DNA of 57,967 nucleotides, filler included, from Dugesia japonica (lineage: Eukaryota): NCBI GenBank assembly GCA_001938525.1. It is 5 parts of 5 records of this genome, joined end to end, with 100 filler letters (N's around TTAATTAATTAA, not from the genome) between each part and the next. Parts side by side here need not be neighbours in the genome. Positions count along the whole stretch, not along the records: positions 1 to 8,762 come from MQRL01629476.1; positions 8,863 to 22,098 come from MQRL01611674.1; 3 more parts are not named here. The stretch is one strand, 5' to 3'. Of this stretch, positions 1 through 13,515 are shown one piece after another (the first letter of the stretch is position 1; every line of letters starts with the position of its first letter). Below the pieces are notes generated by a model. That model had not been told where the DNA came from, ran no database searches, and worked only from the letters and a program-made list of their open reading frames with translations. The position numbers were made by a program, and so were the translations under genes.

Positions 1-510
1 TGATACTGATAAGTGTCATCTTCTGATACAATAATTTAATTCCTTTTTTGAAAATTCTTTATTGAAACAAAATTTTTTTTTTTTGAAAAATGATTATACA
101 TAAAAAAATTCTGATTATGTGAACAATTATGCAATCTTTCTAATAAATCAAATTAATTAAAAACATTCAATAAGAACATTAATTTTCGGATCTATTCATC
201 TAATCATCAATGCTTCATACGTGACTCTCCCCTAATAAACTTTAAAGTTTTTGCAAAAAATTTTAAAATTATTTATACTGATAACTGATTGTCAATTAAT
301 ATTATGTTCGGCAATATTAATTCTACTACCAACTCGGTGATGTTCTTGAATTCTGTAGAAGAATGTTTTTAATTGATTTGATTTATTGAAGAGATTGCAT
401 TATTGTNNNNNNNNNNNNNNNNNNNNNNNNNNNNNNNNNNNNNNNNNNNNNNNNNNAAATAAATAAATAAAAAAAATAAAAAAAAAAATAATAATAAAAT
501 AAAATAAAAA

Positions 511-695
511 TTGTGGCATAAAAATTTAAAGAATTTTAAAAAGTGGCATAAAAATTTAAAAACTGGCATAAAAATTTAAAAGAAATTTAAAAAAGTGACA
601 TAAAAATTAAAAAAAAATTTAAAAAGTGACATAAAAAATAAAAATAAATTTAAAAAGTGGCAAAAAATTAAAAAGAAATTAAAAAGTGACATAGT
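511..695. repeat. Degenerate ~30-bp tandem repeat (AAAAGTG[G/A]CATAAAAATTTAA core)
   Basis: About seven copies of the GTGGCATA/GTGACATA core in A-rich spacers. Confidence 0.7.
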
Positions 696-3600
696 GTCAG
701 AATTTTTTAACATCATTTTTTTTAAAAAATGAAAAAAAGAAATAAATATTGTTTCTATAAAGAATTTTCCAAAAAGAATTAAATTATTGTATCCAAAGAT
801 GACAGCTATGCTGTCGAAACAGAAATATATATTTAAATGGCGTTTCAAAGTTTTTATTAAAAAATTGCCAATTTTCTTTGATTATTTTAATATCCAGGGT
901 CTTAGTTAAACATGGGCAGAAATTGAAGGAATTATTCCTTGCCTTATTTTATGAATAATTATACAGTAACTTCTTTTTCTAGGTCGTCTCGTTTCAAAGA
1001 TAAACACATTTAAAGATTTTAAGAACACAAACAATTTCAATACGCATAATATTTATTTACATTTATTTATTTACATTTTTTTATTTACAGGTACTATTGA
1101 AAATGACCTCAACCAGCTAATATGCAGTATGTCTTNAGTTGGGACTATTTTATGACATAATATTAGGTAAAATAATTTATTTTTCATCGCTAAATCCCTT
1201 TTATATTTATTAAAATAAATTTAATCAAACTATAAGCTAACAAATATTAAATCATTTGAATTATTTGCAATCAAATATTTCGGTATAATTTTAGATTTTA
1301 GATAACTGAAATATGCACAGTATGATTATTTCATAATATTACATCTATTTATATATTATGTATTATTTATTAATGACAGAATCTCTGCGGTATTTCTTTG
1401 ATGTTCTCTTATTAATACAATAAATACAATTGAACCTTGATAGAAAATACATATTACATTATTATTGTTCCTAGAATTTTTAATGAAAACTATATCTCTA
1501 ATATTAAATTTTCTTAGTGTTTCATTATTTACTTTCACTTTTATACTTCAATTTGTCTCGATCGATTTTTTTCGAAACACTATTTTAGTTCAGGTTTTTT
1601 TAATATTTTGCTGTTGTAATAGAATTAATGAAAAGAAATCAGTCGCCTGCTCATACCATGTTTATGATCTAAAAATGTCATTTGCACTCTTAACACCAAT
1701 ATTCTATTTAAAAATATCTATGTGCAATATACTAATATTTATACAAGGTTTTTATTGAACCCTTTGAAAGACAATTGCGATTTTCAAATGGCCAATTGAT
1801 CTCGGGTTTCACTTTAATTGATGAGAATATAGTCAACATGAGCTAAAATTATGAAATAGACCAAAAGCTATTAATTAAATGATCAGGTTTCTGCATGGTT
1901 CGATCATACCTTCAGAAATGATGACGAATACGCATTTAAATGCCAAAACAGAAAGTAATAAATTAACACAGATGCTTTTCAGACGAACTAATTGAGGAAC
2001 TGAATGATGATACTTAAATAAAAATATCATATACACATATACACGGAAAGAACTTATTTTCCTGATCCAAATTTATGTGTTTAAAATGATTTTCCTAGAA
2101 TTTAATTGGTGGATACTGAACCCCTTTTAAAAACCTTTTTTCTCAAGAGGTGGTGGTTCAATGCCAATTTATCTACATACTAGTCCTCATAATATATATT
2201 AAGGTTTGATTTTGTTTTGTTAATCGTTTCAGCTCTTAAGAAATAATTTGTTAAGAGCACTCAAAGCTTAGTTTTCTTTCATTTCTGATAAAATTTAATC
2301 TAATTAAAACATTAATTGGATTTAATAATTATTGGGAAAGAGTGATGTGCGAAGCTTTGTTGATAAGGGCANNNNNNNNNNNNNNNNNNNNNNNNNNNNN
2401 NNNNNNNNNNNNNNNNNNNNNNNNNNNNNNNNNNNNNNNNNNNNNNNNNNNNNNNNNNNNNNNNNNNNNNNNNNNNNNNNNNNNNNNNNNNNNNNNNNNN
2501 NNNNNNNNNNNNNNNNNNNNNNNNNNNNNNNNNNNNNNNNNNNNNNNNNNNNNNNNNNNNNNNNNNNNNNNNNNNNNNNNNNNNNNNNNNNNNNNNNNNN
2601 NNNNNNTATTTTCCAAAATTTTAGATTTTTACTCGCTAATGCCTTTATTTGTTCAAGTGTTTACATTTGTTTTATTTTTCAAGAATTTATTGAATATATA
2701 TATGTGTGTGTATGTACGTTTGTAATTATATTATTTGAAAATTCAGTTGTAAAATCAAATCTTTGTACAAAATACTAACTTACAAAAAATTTGGTTGACA
2801 ATTATATTAAAGAATTATTTAAACAAAATAAATAATTTCTCGAAGAGAAGTTAGGTAATCCATTTATCATAACATTAAAATTCTGAATAAAGTCTACTCA
2901 TAATTAATGATGTATATCTTAGTATCATTCAAATGAACAGTTTTCAGATGAGAATAATTTCTCTAATTTCTCAAAGTGTCTTGTTAGTTGATTTGAGTGA
3001 ATCGTGACAATCAGATTATACATATTGCTTTTCTAATAAAAAAATACTTTTAAGTTACTTGTTTTTATTTTTGATTGTGAATTTTGATTAATGTTATTAA
3101 TTTAATTTCTGATTCTAGATTGATATCAATGAAATCAAAAGAAAAAAAATTAAATTAAATTCATTTTTCAAAACATATATTAATTTTATCTGAAGGCGAC
3201 AAACAAAGAAGTTTATATTGGTGGGGAACCAAAAGAATAGAAAATAAAAATACGTTTTGTAATATGAAGAGTATTATTTAGTATGATATTATTTATTATT
3301 TCTTCTAAACGATGAAATATATGCAATCATTTCTCAAATAAACAAACATTTACAATTTTTTGGAGCGTAAATAAAATGGTGTTAGTTTAATAATTGCCAC
3401 TTCACATAGAGCATCTAAGCGTTTAAATTATAGCCTTGAGGGTTCATTTATGATCCTATTTTGCATAATATATGGTCAGACATTAAGACATGATATAGTT
3501 ATTGGGAAGATTTCATATTTTATCGAAGGTTACGTACAATACACAAAGGTTTGTTCGGTTCTTAACTGTCTTTATAAATAAATTGTAAGCAAAACATAAG

Positions 3601-6379
3601 AACTTGATTTCCTCACTATGAGAAAGTATCAAATATGATGGATTATACAAATTTTAAACTGTTATGTTTACCTTGGTTCATTCCTTATTGGAAATGTAAA
3701 TATTAATGTAAATTTCATGAAATTGAAGCCTATTAATAAGAATAATTTGGTAATGTATATAAAGAATCTNNNNNNNNNNNNNNNNNNNNNNNNNNNNNNN
3801 NNNNNNNNNNNNNNNNNNNNNNNNNNNNNNNNNNNNNNNNNNNNNNNNNNNNNNNNNNNNNNNNNNNNNNNNNNNNNNNNNNNNNNNNNNNNNNNNNNNN
3901 NNNNNNNNNNNNNNNNNNNNNNNNNNNNNNNNNNNNNNNNNNNNNNNNNNNNNNNNNNNNNNNNNNNNNNNNNNNNNNNNNNTGTTTCAGCTCATTTAAG
4001 TTTTACGAAATTTGATGACACGCATTAATATAATATTTTAAAAATCTCAAAATCAATACTCGAATTAATATTTGACACTATTTATTTAAAAATACTTTAA
4101 AAACAGTCTACATTACAAATTTCTATTACAGTTATTAGATTGTTTGATAGTATTCTACAGAGAATTAGAAACTATTTATACATTGCCTTGAGGATTAATG
4201 TCAAATTATTTTGTTTTGTTGTCGAAATTTTTAATTTTCTTTTTTTACTATTTTATTGTTTTCAAATACTTCATTTATTATACAACTTATGTAATATTGG
4301 TCCTGTGTTTGTAATTATTATCCAATGACGACAAGTAAAGTTTCGTTGAATGTGTAATGGAATGATGGATTTTCTTGGATATTTATAAAATCAATATTAA
4401 AATGGATAATTATCAGAATACGTGTAAATTAGAATAATATTCTTTTGTTACATTTTTTTTGTAACATTCTGTACAAGATATTAGCAAATCAAATTTTAAA
4501 ACATTTTTTCTATATAATTATATTCCAAATTTTCTCAAGATCATTTAATTAATTTGTTTAAAAAATTTATTTAATAATTTTTTTTATACGTTCATATTTT
4601 GTTTAAACATAGTTCTGTTATATTTTTATATGTATTGGATGGTTTTGATACATTGTCTTTATATTTTTGTGTTGTTTTATAAATATTCTATGAAAATTGT
4701 GTAATTTTTGTATTGAGTTGATTCAATTTCTNTAAGTTTTAACAAGTTGTAATTTTTTGAGTTTTGTAAAAATTTGATATAATCTTTATAATTGTTTTAT
4801 GAATAAATGAAGAGCATAAAGTTAATTGTTTCCTTGTTTGAAACTCTACTAGCTTTCTTTGTGAAACTATATTGAGTAGCTTGTATGAAACTGTATTGGT
4901 TTCTTGAGTAATTTTTGAAAACATTTAACGAATTCTAGTAGTTTTTGTAAATTTTCATCTACTTCTTGTAAATTATTGATAAAAATAAAGAAATTGAGAT
5001 AGTATTTTACATCAAACGCATGAAAATCACAGAGATTTATCACTTAAATTGTTACATATTTTAATGAAATACGGTCTTAATAAGGTTTAAGAAATTGTTT
5101 AATGAAATCCTTGTAAAATAGATGTTTAATTAAAATATTCTTTATTAATTGTTACGCGAATCTTCAAATGATAAACTTCTTTTGAAATCAGAACAATTAT
5201 TTTTATACATTTATTTCAAAATTAACACAGATGACTGAAATAAATATATATATGTAAATATACATAATTAATATTAATAATCGTTTTAATCGTTTTCTAT
5301 TGGCTGAAATTATTAATTATTTGCTTATATTAATTATTTATTTTTTTTAAAACTTTAATGAGTTAAAGTATTTTATGAAACGCTACGTCTACTTCTAGCA
5401 ATCTTTGTAGATTTCATCTACTTCTAGTATTTTGTTTTGTAAATTTTAATCTGCTTCTACTAATGTTTTAAAATTATCATTTCATGATCAATACATGCAC
5501 TATAATACTGCAATGGTAGATGTTGAATACAAAACACCTGTGGATTCCTATCATCATCAGATGAACGTCTTTAAAAANTCGATAACATATAACTTTAAAG
5601 TAATATTATTATAAGTATTACTTTTATTATTATGATATAGGAACCTGTTAAAATGAAAATATATGTATACAATATGTTGATATCAACAATAAGTTCAAAA
5701 GATAAAAAAGGATTGAATCAATTCTTTGCAAGATTAAACTCTTCAGTTGCAATAGAAGATGAGTTTGTTTATAAATTCCAAGAAGGTTTCTAAAAATACA
5801 TACGATGTTGGATGTGTAAATTCTCATAAATGGATGATCAAAATTGAAATCCAAGGACATGAGCAATTCGATATTTACATTGGAAAATAATATGTGAAAA
5901 TTTGAACCTTTCTTTTACAAGAAATTCTTTAATTAGTTAAGTTACTGATATTAAACATTAGACTTGATTGTTTAAAATATATAATTTCCTTACAATACCA
6001 CCATATTGCTCACATTGCCTTTTATTGTTGAGTTTCAGCCTTTGGCGTTATTTGAGGTGGCTAAACGAACTTAGACCAAATCTTTTACATTTATCCTTAC
6101 TTTAAAATATATATATTTCATAGCCAGTAATGAGTTTGTTCAAAATTTCTTTGGTTTGATAACGTCTTAATATCATATGACTGAAATTGATTCTTTGTAT
6201 TAACCCATTATCTGACAAAACGTTTGAAATATTTTCAAATTATTGAAATTCCAGGAACTATTGACTACAATTAAAAAAAGAAAAACAATGTTTGTTAATT
6301 CAGGCATAAACAGTAAAGTCCATTAAACAATATTATACAAATCGAGCTTAAAACTATTAAATTTTCTCAAATAACAATG

Positions 6380-7110
6380 AAAATTCTAACGTCTAAAAAA
6401 CGCATTGGAAAGTTATGAGACTAATTAATTTAAATAAATTCATATAGAATCAAAGTATCAAACGTTTATACATATCCAAGTATTTTCAGTTTTAGTGCGG
6501 TTGTTATCTTTACTTGTATTTTCAAAATGATAACATAAAGATGACTAATTCAGCCAAGCTGCTGATACAGCTTTAAAGGAGCTGGCCTCTCATCTGACGT
6601 TAAATATACGTCCGATACGTTTAATCTCTTCTCCTAAGGCAGTTGCACATTTTTTAATTTCCCTTTGATTTTTCAGAGATTGACTATATAAGGAGTAAAC
6701 CTTGTTCATAAATATTTGAAAATGATTGACCCCACTAACCTTATAAATAGCATTTCCTACTAACAACCCAAGCCGGTGGTTTAGACAATGCCATGTGATT
6801 AGATTCGGATAATTATTGGTTAATCTTGTTCCGACTCCGGATTTTCTTCTTAACATAACACTGGCCCCGTTGCTTGTAAATGATAATAAATGGTGCTTTG
6901 AATAATTATCATAAAAACAATTTTTCCAAACATTTTAAAAGACATTCTATTAGTGTTTTAGCTGTTTGATGCTGCAATTCAATTAAATCAAAAAACACAA
7001 AATTGGGATCTTTTATTTATCTGTTTTGCATTTTAAATAAATAATAAGTCCAGACTTTTTACTTAAAGTGGTTGATTCATCTATGATAATAGATAAATTT
7101 CCTTGAACTT
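6380..7110 (-). pseudogene. hAT-family (ZNF862/KIAA1586-like) transposase remnant
   Basis: Minus strand reads LSIIIDESTTLSKKS (first catalytic D), FTSNGASVMLRRKSGV (SDGASVMLG motif), WHCLNHRL (CxxH), then R*EASSFKAVSAAW; stops and frameshifts. Confidence 0.85.
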
Positions 7111-7232
7111 TTAATATTTGTTGTATATATTTGTATGCTTATATTTATGCTTATATAATTAAACTAAATGAAATTATGAAAATGATTGACTTCAAAAATA
7201 TTTAAAAACTTATATCTTTATTTTAACCTTTA

Positions 7233-7269
<37 letters not shown>

Positions 7270-7609
7270 AACAAGCAAATAATGTTGCCTTTATACATGA
7301 CTATAACATAATCTAAACAACAGCTTAACGAGCGTGGCAGTATGAAATATTCATTGAAGAGATTTGAACGTACGTACACTGGTTTGCCTTGGCAACTTAG
7401 TGCCATTGTCCAAATTTGTAGTTTGATAGTATGGTATGTAATATATCAAACACAGAACACTTGCTGTTTATTTATTTTAGAAAAGACAAAAGATACAAAG
7501 CAAGATAAATTCTATATTAATTAACATATTTTTTGAAATATATTTTCAAATTCGCCAATTGAAAATATAATTTTCAGTTGAAATTAAAATCAATTCCATA
7601 CTGAAAAAA

Positions 7610-7656
7610 AGTACCGAAGCGTCGTTTCGTCACGTTCCGGCCCCAATACACCACTG
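7610..7656 (-). mobile_element. Probable 5' terminus of the hAT element (CAGTGGTGTATTGGGGCCGGAACG)
   Basis: GC-rich CAGTG-starting end typical of hAT TIRs, upstream of the transposase in the right orientation; partner TIR not found. Confidence 0.5.
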
Positions 7657-8000
7657 GTTTTCTTTTTGTTTAGTAATAATGAATTTATCTATTAGAAATA
7701 TTTATAATTAAACAATGTTAAATTAATTGCAATTTGCTTATAAAATTGATTAGTAGTTAATATAGTTAATTGAAATTTGTGGTAATGAATGTTTAATTAG
7801 TGTTTCATTAATCGCAGTTCGTAATGATCCATAATAATGATTTTTAATTTTAAATTCAAGGCGTTGCGACAATAATAACATGGAAATGATAGAATTAAAT
7901 TTCCTTTTGAAGTGACCAGTTCTAAATAACCTCTCAAATTTTTAAAGGCGNNNNNNNNNNNNNNNNNNNNNNNNNNNNNNNNNNNNNNNNNNNNNNNNNN

Positions 8001-8064
<64 letters not shown>
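8001..8064. repeat. (AAT)n microsatellite
   Basis: Direct sequence, next to a gap. Confidence 0.95.
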
Positions 8065-8068
<4 letters not shown>

Positions 8069-8689
8069 TGGTATGGTGATGATAAGTAAAGTATTAAGAA
8101 TAATGCTAATCGCTTTAATAAGGACAATTATGAAAAATAATGATAATAACAAAGAAATAGTTAATTTTGAGGATTAACGATAATAAGATTATCTAATAAA
8201 TGGTAGGGATAATAATAAATGGTGATATATAACTAACGTGAATAGGGTTAATGATGATTCAGATAACAAGGGTAGCGTAGGAATATAAATCGATGCCAAC
8301 ATCGATCCACGATAATAAAAATAATAATCAGTATTTTAATGAATTATGAACGATAGGCTTTTCTTTTGACTCAGAACTTTAAACAATGAACGATGGGGAA
8401 GAGCACGAGTAATAATAGCCGGATATAATTGCACGATTAAAATTCGGAAATAATGGAAATAATAAAGCAATAATGGTTAGGTGTGCCTCATAAATTAAAG
8501 CGAGTATTATGAAATGTGAACCCAAACCAAAGCAATACAAGCATGCACTCAAACTAAGGGTTACTGGTCACCGGCTCCATTTTGAAAATCTAGAGAGGGG
8601 ACATTAGATTCAATTCTTCGCGGGATTTTACTACGCCAGACCACCGTAGAAATAACTTAAAATAGAGCTACCTAAATGTAACACCCAAC

Positions 8690-8708
8690 ATTATTCTTAT
8701 TCTTATTC

Positions 8709-8762
<54 letters not shown>
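8690..8762. repeat. (TTATTC)n/(TTA)n microsatellite
   Basis: Direct sequence at scaffold end. Confidence 0.95.
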
Positions 8763-8862
8763 NNNNNNNNNNNNNNNNNNNNNNNNNNNNNNNNNNNNNN
8801 NNNNNNTTAATTAATTAANNNNNNNNNNNNNNNNNNNNNNNNNNNNNNNNNNNNNNNNNNNN
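8763..8862. other. Artificial scaffold linker 44N-TTAATTAATTAA-44N (also 22099-22198, 31563-31662, 43197-43296)
   Basis: Four identical 100-bp spacers carrying a six-frame stop 12-mer. Confidence 0.97.
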
Positions 8863-9400
8863 AAATATATGAATAAAATTATTCGAAGATCGGAGATTGA
8901 TAGATAAGAAATCTAATGAGAAAAATAGAAAACAAGGAAACAAAGCAATGTTCTGTATTTGGTGGGATAAAGAAAATGTTATCTCTTACGAAATTTTATC
9001 ACCATTACAGGAAATCGGTACAAACAACAATTAATTAAATTGAATACAAAAATAATTCAAAAAAGACCTTAAATAGTCAGTAATAGGCACAAAAACCTTC
9101 TGTAGAAAGACAATTCTCGGTCACATGACGCGAAGTGTTTAAAAGAAACGTTTTTGAAATTCGGCAGGAAAATTCAATCGCATCCACCTTACTCTCTAGA
9201 CTTAGCCTCTTTAGATTATCACCCTTTCAGACCAATTCAACAGGAGACACATTTCTTTAATTACGAAGAAGTAAAAAAATGGGTTGCTAAGTGTATTATT
9301 TCGAAGGACAAAGCTTTTTATCGCAAAGGAATCCAGTTTTTGTCAGAAAGATGATTAAAAGTAAAAGTAATATAAAGTGAAGGAAGATATTTTGACTAAT
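8863..9400 (+). pseudogene. Mariner transposase C-terminal remnant
   Basis: KAMFCIWWDKENVISYEIL, DNSRSH, HPPYSLDLASLDYHPFR match KVMLCVWWD / HDNARPH / HPPYSPDLAPSDYHLFR. Confidence 0.9.
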
Positions 9401-9990
9401 TTATCTATTGTGATTATTGTAAAAACAAATATGTTTTGTTAAAAAATATGTTATTATAATTGTTTAATTAGATAATAAACAATTTATCAAACAATTTGAA
9501 AACAATTTTTTTTACACTAAAAAAATGATGTAATAAAAACTAACTTTGAAAATAAATAAATTTAGCCCTAAACTATTTAAATAAGATGTTTAGAAAAATT
9601 ACATTTCTCTATTTTTTTTAAAATCAGCTGTTGTGTTCAAAATAGGTTAGTCAAGAACTCATTATGATTAAAAAAACATTTTTGGCTAGCTTTTTAATTT
9701 TGTTAAAAAAATTCAAAATTTTCTATTATTTCTATACTGAAGGAGGCAATAGGGCAAAAATGTTTGGAAACGAGTGGCTAATCAAATTTTGATTAATAAT
9801 TTACCCTTAAAATATCCATAAATTTATTATACATCAATATTAGATTTTTTATTAAGTNTTTTACAAAACATTTCGTTAACCAGTTGTCTTAAATTTATTC
9901 AATAAAAAAATTTTAAATTAAAAGTTTTTCTTTACAAAAATTTCAAATAGTACTTTACACAAATATTACAAATATTACTTTACACCTTTT

Positions 9991-10258
9991 CCTTAGGGAA
10001 CTATACATATTAACACGACTGAAGACCCCATTGCTAGACATCGTAGATCGGATGTCGCAAGGAAATCAGCTACCAGGACTTAAATATTATCAATACGTGA
10101 AGGTNTTTCACNACCCGAATTAACCAACAATCTAATTTAGAATCTGCTAACTGATTTTAGTTTCCCTTTGACGATTTAATGATTAAAATCTCCAAAGGCT
10201 CATAATTCTAAGAAAATTTGAAAAGACTCAAATACGCAAGAACCTATGCACGAATTGG
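9991..10258 (+). repeat. Dispersed repeat, copy 1 (homologous to 53958-54240)
   Basis: Shared run TAGGGAACTATA...GAAGACCCCATT...CGTAGATCG.ATGTCGCA.GGAAATCA...CAATACGTGAAG...TTTGACGAT.TAATGAT. Confidence 0.8.
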
Positions 10259-10675
10259 TATAAAATAAAATTTTAAAATCTAATTATGTACAACTAGGGA
10301 ATGAGAAATTTAAAATGTGTATTGAATATAAAATTTCAATGTGTATTAAAATTTTTAAATGAAATGTATTTGTTAGTGTATTTTAGAATATGATATTAAT
10401 AAAATTTTAAAATTAAAAATATTTGGAATAGAATAAAATATAAAATTAAATAAATTAGATGTTTTTAGTGTATTTTAAAATTTGATAGTAATAAAATTTG
10501 AAAATTAAAATACTTAACAAATGCTGATATTTGATATATTTTGCTTTTAAATATGAAATTTTAAATTTGTTTGAAAAAAGCAAATTTATGTTTATAGTTT
10601 GTTTTTGAAAAGATTTTCCTATGAAGTTGACTTTTAATATTGATGATCTGATGAGTACTCAAAATCCATCTAACA
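10259..10675 (+). mobile_element. Diverged solo LTR of the TA...CA gypsy family
   Basis: 3' half matches LTRs at 44862 and 47870 and ends CATCTAACA; no intact TSD, 5' boundary approximate. Confidence 0.7.
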
Positions 10676-11529
10676 AAATTTATTTTTAACGATTTCATTA
10701 CCCATATTGCCAAATGAAGTTAGTGAGTATTTTTTTAATGTTTTTTTGTTCTTGAATATCCTCATAATGAGGATGTATATATATATATATATCCTCATTG
10801 TTTGATTTGAATGATTGACCAAGTCAACGTGAATACAACTCGATTTATTACTTACTTATTTAGTGTGATATTTCCGGTTTCAAAACTTTAAAAAGTTTAA
10901 AAGTTCTTTCTGTAAAGAATTTAATTTAGAGATGTAAAAATTAACAATTATAATTTGAAAAAATATATTTTACTTTTCGAGCCGGCTGTACACATGTAGA
11001 TTTGTAATTCAAAACCGACTAAAAGCCGTTTCAATACAGTTAGTGTAATTTAAATTGAGTTATTTAAGAAACTTCGATATTTGAAAGAAATAGAATCTTA
11101 ATTAGAATGAATTATAAAACCATTCTGAAATCATTACATTTTACTATGATAATTAACTTCGTCTTTTCTAATTTGATTTGTTGAATTAGAACTTTCAATT
11201 AAGTAATTGTAAACCAAAAAATAAATTATCAATAAATAAACAACATTAACAAAATAAAATAAATTTCATCAACGATTGTATTTTTTTACAAGCAAAAATC
11301 CTAAATAGAGAAAATTGGAATCATTTAGAATCATTATTAAATATATATTTCGTATTCAAAACAACCAAATACTAGATAAGTAGAATGTCAAATTAGTTTA
11401 ATTGGTTAAAAAGACAATTAGACGCCAAATACTTTTTTTATCGTACAATGTTCTGTTAAATGACAAATATTAGATCTACAAATAAATAATCCAATTTTTT
11501 TCTTGTTTTATGCAATTGTACGGGAACCT

Positions 11530-12130
11530 GTTTTTCTCTTCTCAATAGACAGTGTCAAAAGTCGTTCTTGTGGATAATTGTGACGAGAAATGAGAAATAG
11601 ACACAATATGATAATCTCACACATAAAAAAACATGGGTAAATCCCGGAGGTAAATACCATCAACAATCGTTTCGGAAAACAGTTAATGCTCTGCATCTGA
11701 TTGGATATTAAGGGCGTGCTCTATTATGAGATACTGGAACCCGGTGAAACAGTTACTGCCGATCACTACCAACACCAATTATTCCAACATTTGGAGCCCA
11801 AACGTCAGTTTAGTTCTAAAAAAAATGTCCTGTGAAATTGTTGCATAACAACGCCAGGTCAAATATTGCTTCAAAGACAATGGATACCATAATGAAACTT
11901 GGCTAGGAAATTTTGGAACACCCAGCGTATTTACCAGANATTGCCTCAACTTGTTATCATTTGTTCCGATCGATGCAGCATGTCTTGTGCGATACACTGT
12001 TTCAATGTATGCCATCCGAAAATGGCTTTACGACTTTATAGCGTTCAAACAGTCAGAATTTTTTCGAAGTCCAATTCATCAGCTACCCATAAGATGACTT
12101 AAATAACAACGGCGATTACTTTGATTGAAA
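11530..12130 (+). pseudogene. Mariner (mauritiana/Mos1-like) transposase remnant
   Basis: NRFGKQLMLCI*LDIKGVLYYEILEPGETVTADHYQHQL, LLHNNARS, EHPAYLP, YHLFRSMQH. Confidence 0.9.
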
Positions 12131-12295
12131 AATCTGGATTATTTATTTGTAAACCTAATAAATGGCAGATTGTCGTTTTCAACGGCAGTACTTTTCATGA
12201 ATTTGATTAGTTGATCAGAATTCAAAAATTTATTAAAATATTTTTTTAATTTCCATATATTATCAATTAAAAAGATAAAAATTAAATTGATAAAC

Positions 12296-12539
12296 CTTTT
12301 CTTCAATATTATCAATCGATTTCTTTGAATTTTTTTCTGAAAGTTTTGTAAGGTACCATTGCAAATAAGCAGTTTCTCTAATTGTCTGAGAATCCGTAAA
12401 AAGACGTTCAGAATTAATATTATCGGAATCGGAATTCAGATTGGGCGAACTTAGCCATTCATTATTGATGGAAAGAGGTCTTGCTGATTTTAAATTGATC
12501 CTAGTTGTTACTTTCGGTTGAACATTTCTGTATTTGGCG
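12296..12539 (-). CDS. Host gene exon 5 of 5 visible (MAP9/ASAP-like)
   Basis: TTTTCAG acceptor, GTTTAT donor, phase-2 continuity with the previous exon; encodes ...FTDSQTIRETAYLQWYLTKLSEK, resembling the MAP9 D.IRAAVYQEWL.KK motif. Confidence 0.8.
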
Positions 12540-12590
12540 CTGAAAATTTTAAATTACAAAGCACCTATTTTTATAATATATTTAGTAAAC

Positions 12591-12725
12591 CTTGTTGGAC
12601 GTGTGGTAGTTTTCTTTATCGAAGTTGGAGGCTGCTTCGGCTCAACTTCGTTTTGACAATCAGCAACAGAATTTATACTATGATTAATAAGCTTGTTGTG
12701 TGAACTTTCAAATTTAGATTCTTTC
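12591..12725 (-). CDS. Host gene exon 4 of 5 visible
   Basis: TTTTTAG acceptor after a 45-nt intron, GTTTAC donor to a 51-nt intron, open and in phase (KESKFESSHNK...TTRPTS). Confidence 0.8.
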
Positions 12726-12770
12726 CTAAAAAAATATTAAATTTTAAGTAATTGAAACTGAAAAACAAAC

Positions 12771-12945
12771 TCTCTCTTTTCTTCCTCAAGTTTTTTTTTA
12801 ATGGTTTCATTTTTATGAGTGAATGGATCATGAATTACTTCTTCACAAATCGATGTCTGTGGTGAAGGTGAATTCCTTCGAGAACTTTCTCGACTAACAT
12901 CAGATTTCCTTGGTGAGCCTTCTCGGGAAGAAGTTTTGCTATTTT
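12771..12945 (-). CDS. Host gene exon 3 of 5 visible
   Basis: GATAG acceptor, GTTTGT donor; NSKTSSREGSPRKS...EEVIHDPFT...EEEKRE; phase 1 matches the exon ending at 16168. Confidence 0.8.
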
Positions 12946-13515
12946 CTATCAAAATAAAAGTTTCACTTTTGATAATTAAAAATATAATTTTTCAGGAACT
13001 TTTTCTTAAATAAATTCGATTTTTTTAATGGATTTATGTAAAGTTTTTGTAAATTTTGAAAATTAAATTTTTTTAAAAAATTATATTTTTGCGAAGAATA
13101 ATTAAATCAATAAGTGGTTTTGTAAAAAAAATTATTACATAAAAATAAATTCACAAAATAGCGTTTTTAAAAAAACTTAAAAACAAAATCAACATATAAT
13201 AGTAAAATACTTTTATTTACAAAAATCATTCGATAAATTTTAAAATCAAATAAAATTATATAAAAATTTCTAGCAAATTTTATTATTGACAGTGCTATAA
13301 TACATCACTACAATGGATTGGCATATATTATTTTCGGTTTAAATATTCGCTGGACCGTTGTAGCTTCATTCTTACTTTTTGAAAACACAATTGAAAATTC
13401 TCAATATGGAAAAAATTGATTATAAGACAAAAACGATAAAGAATTGGTGCTGTTTATTAATCCCAGTTTTAATGAAATAACTGAAGAATATTAAGATGAG
13501 TAGTATATGAAAATA

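Noticed and set aside
369-848. Phe/Leu-rich minus-strand ORFs
   Set aside because: Translations of an A-rich tandem repeat and a gap.
1380-2170. Possible decayed transposase (WFDHTFR on +, ALNHHLLRK on -)
   Set aside because: Only isolated short matches, many stops; cannot assign.
3195-3245. KEVYIGGEP suggesting Merlin/IS1595 transposase or laminin-G exon
   Set aside because: Stop follows immediately; no supporting motifs or splice context.
2329-4028. ORFs spanning N runs
   Set aside because: Length is made of unknown bases.
7934-8152. Poly-Leu/poly-Tyr ORFs
   Set aside because: (AAT)n microsatellite.
10856-10909. AG...GTAAGT-bounded candidate next exon of the MAP9-like gene
   Set aside because: Stop codon in the required phase 0.
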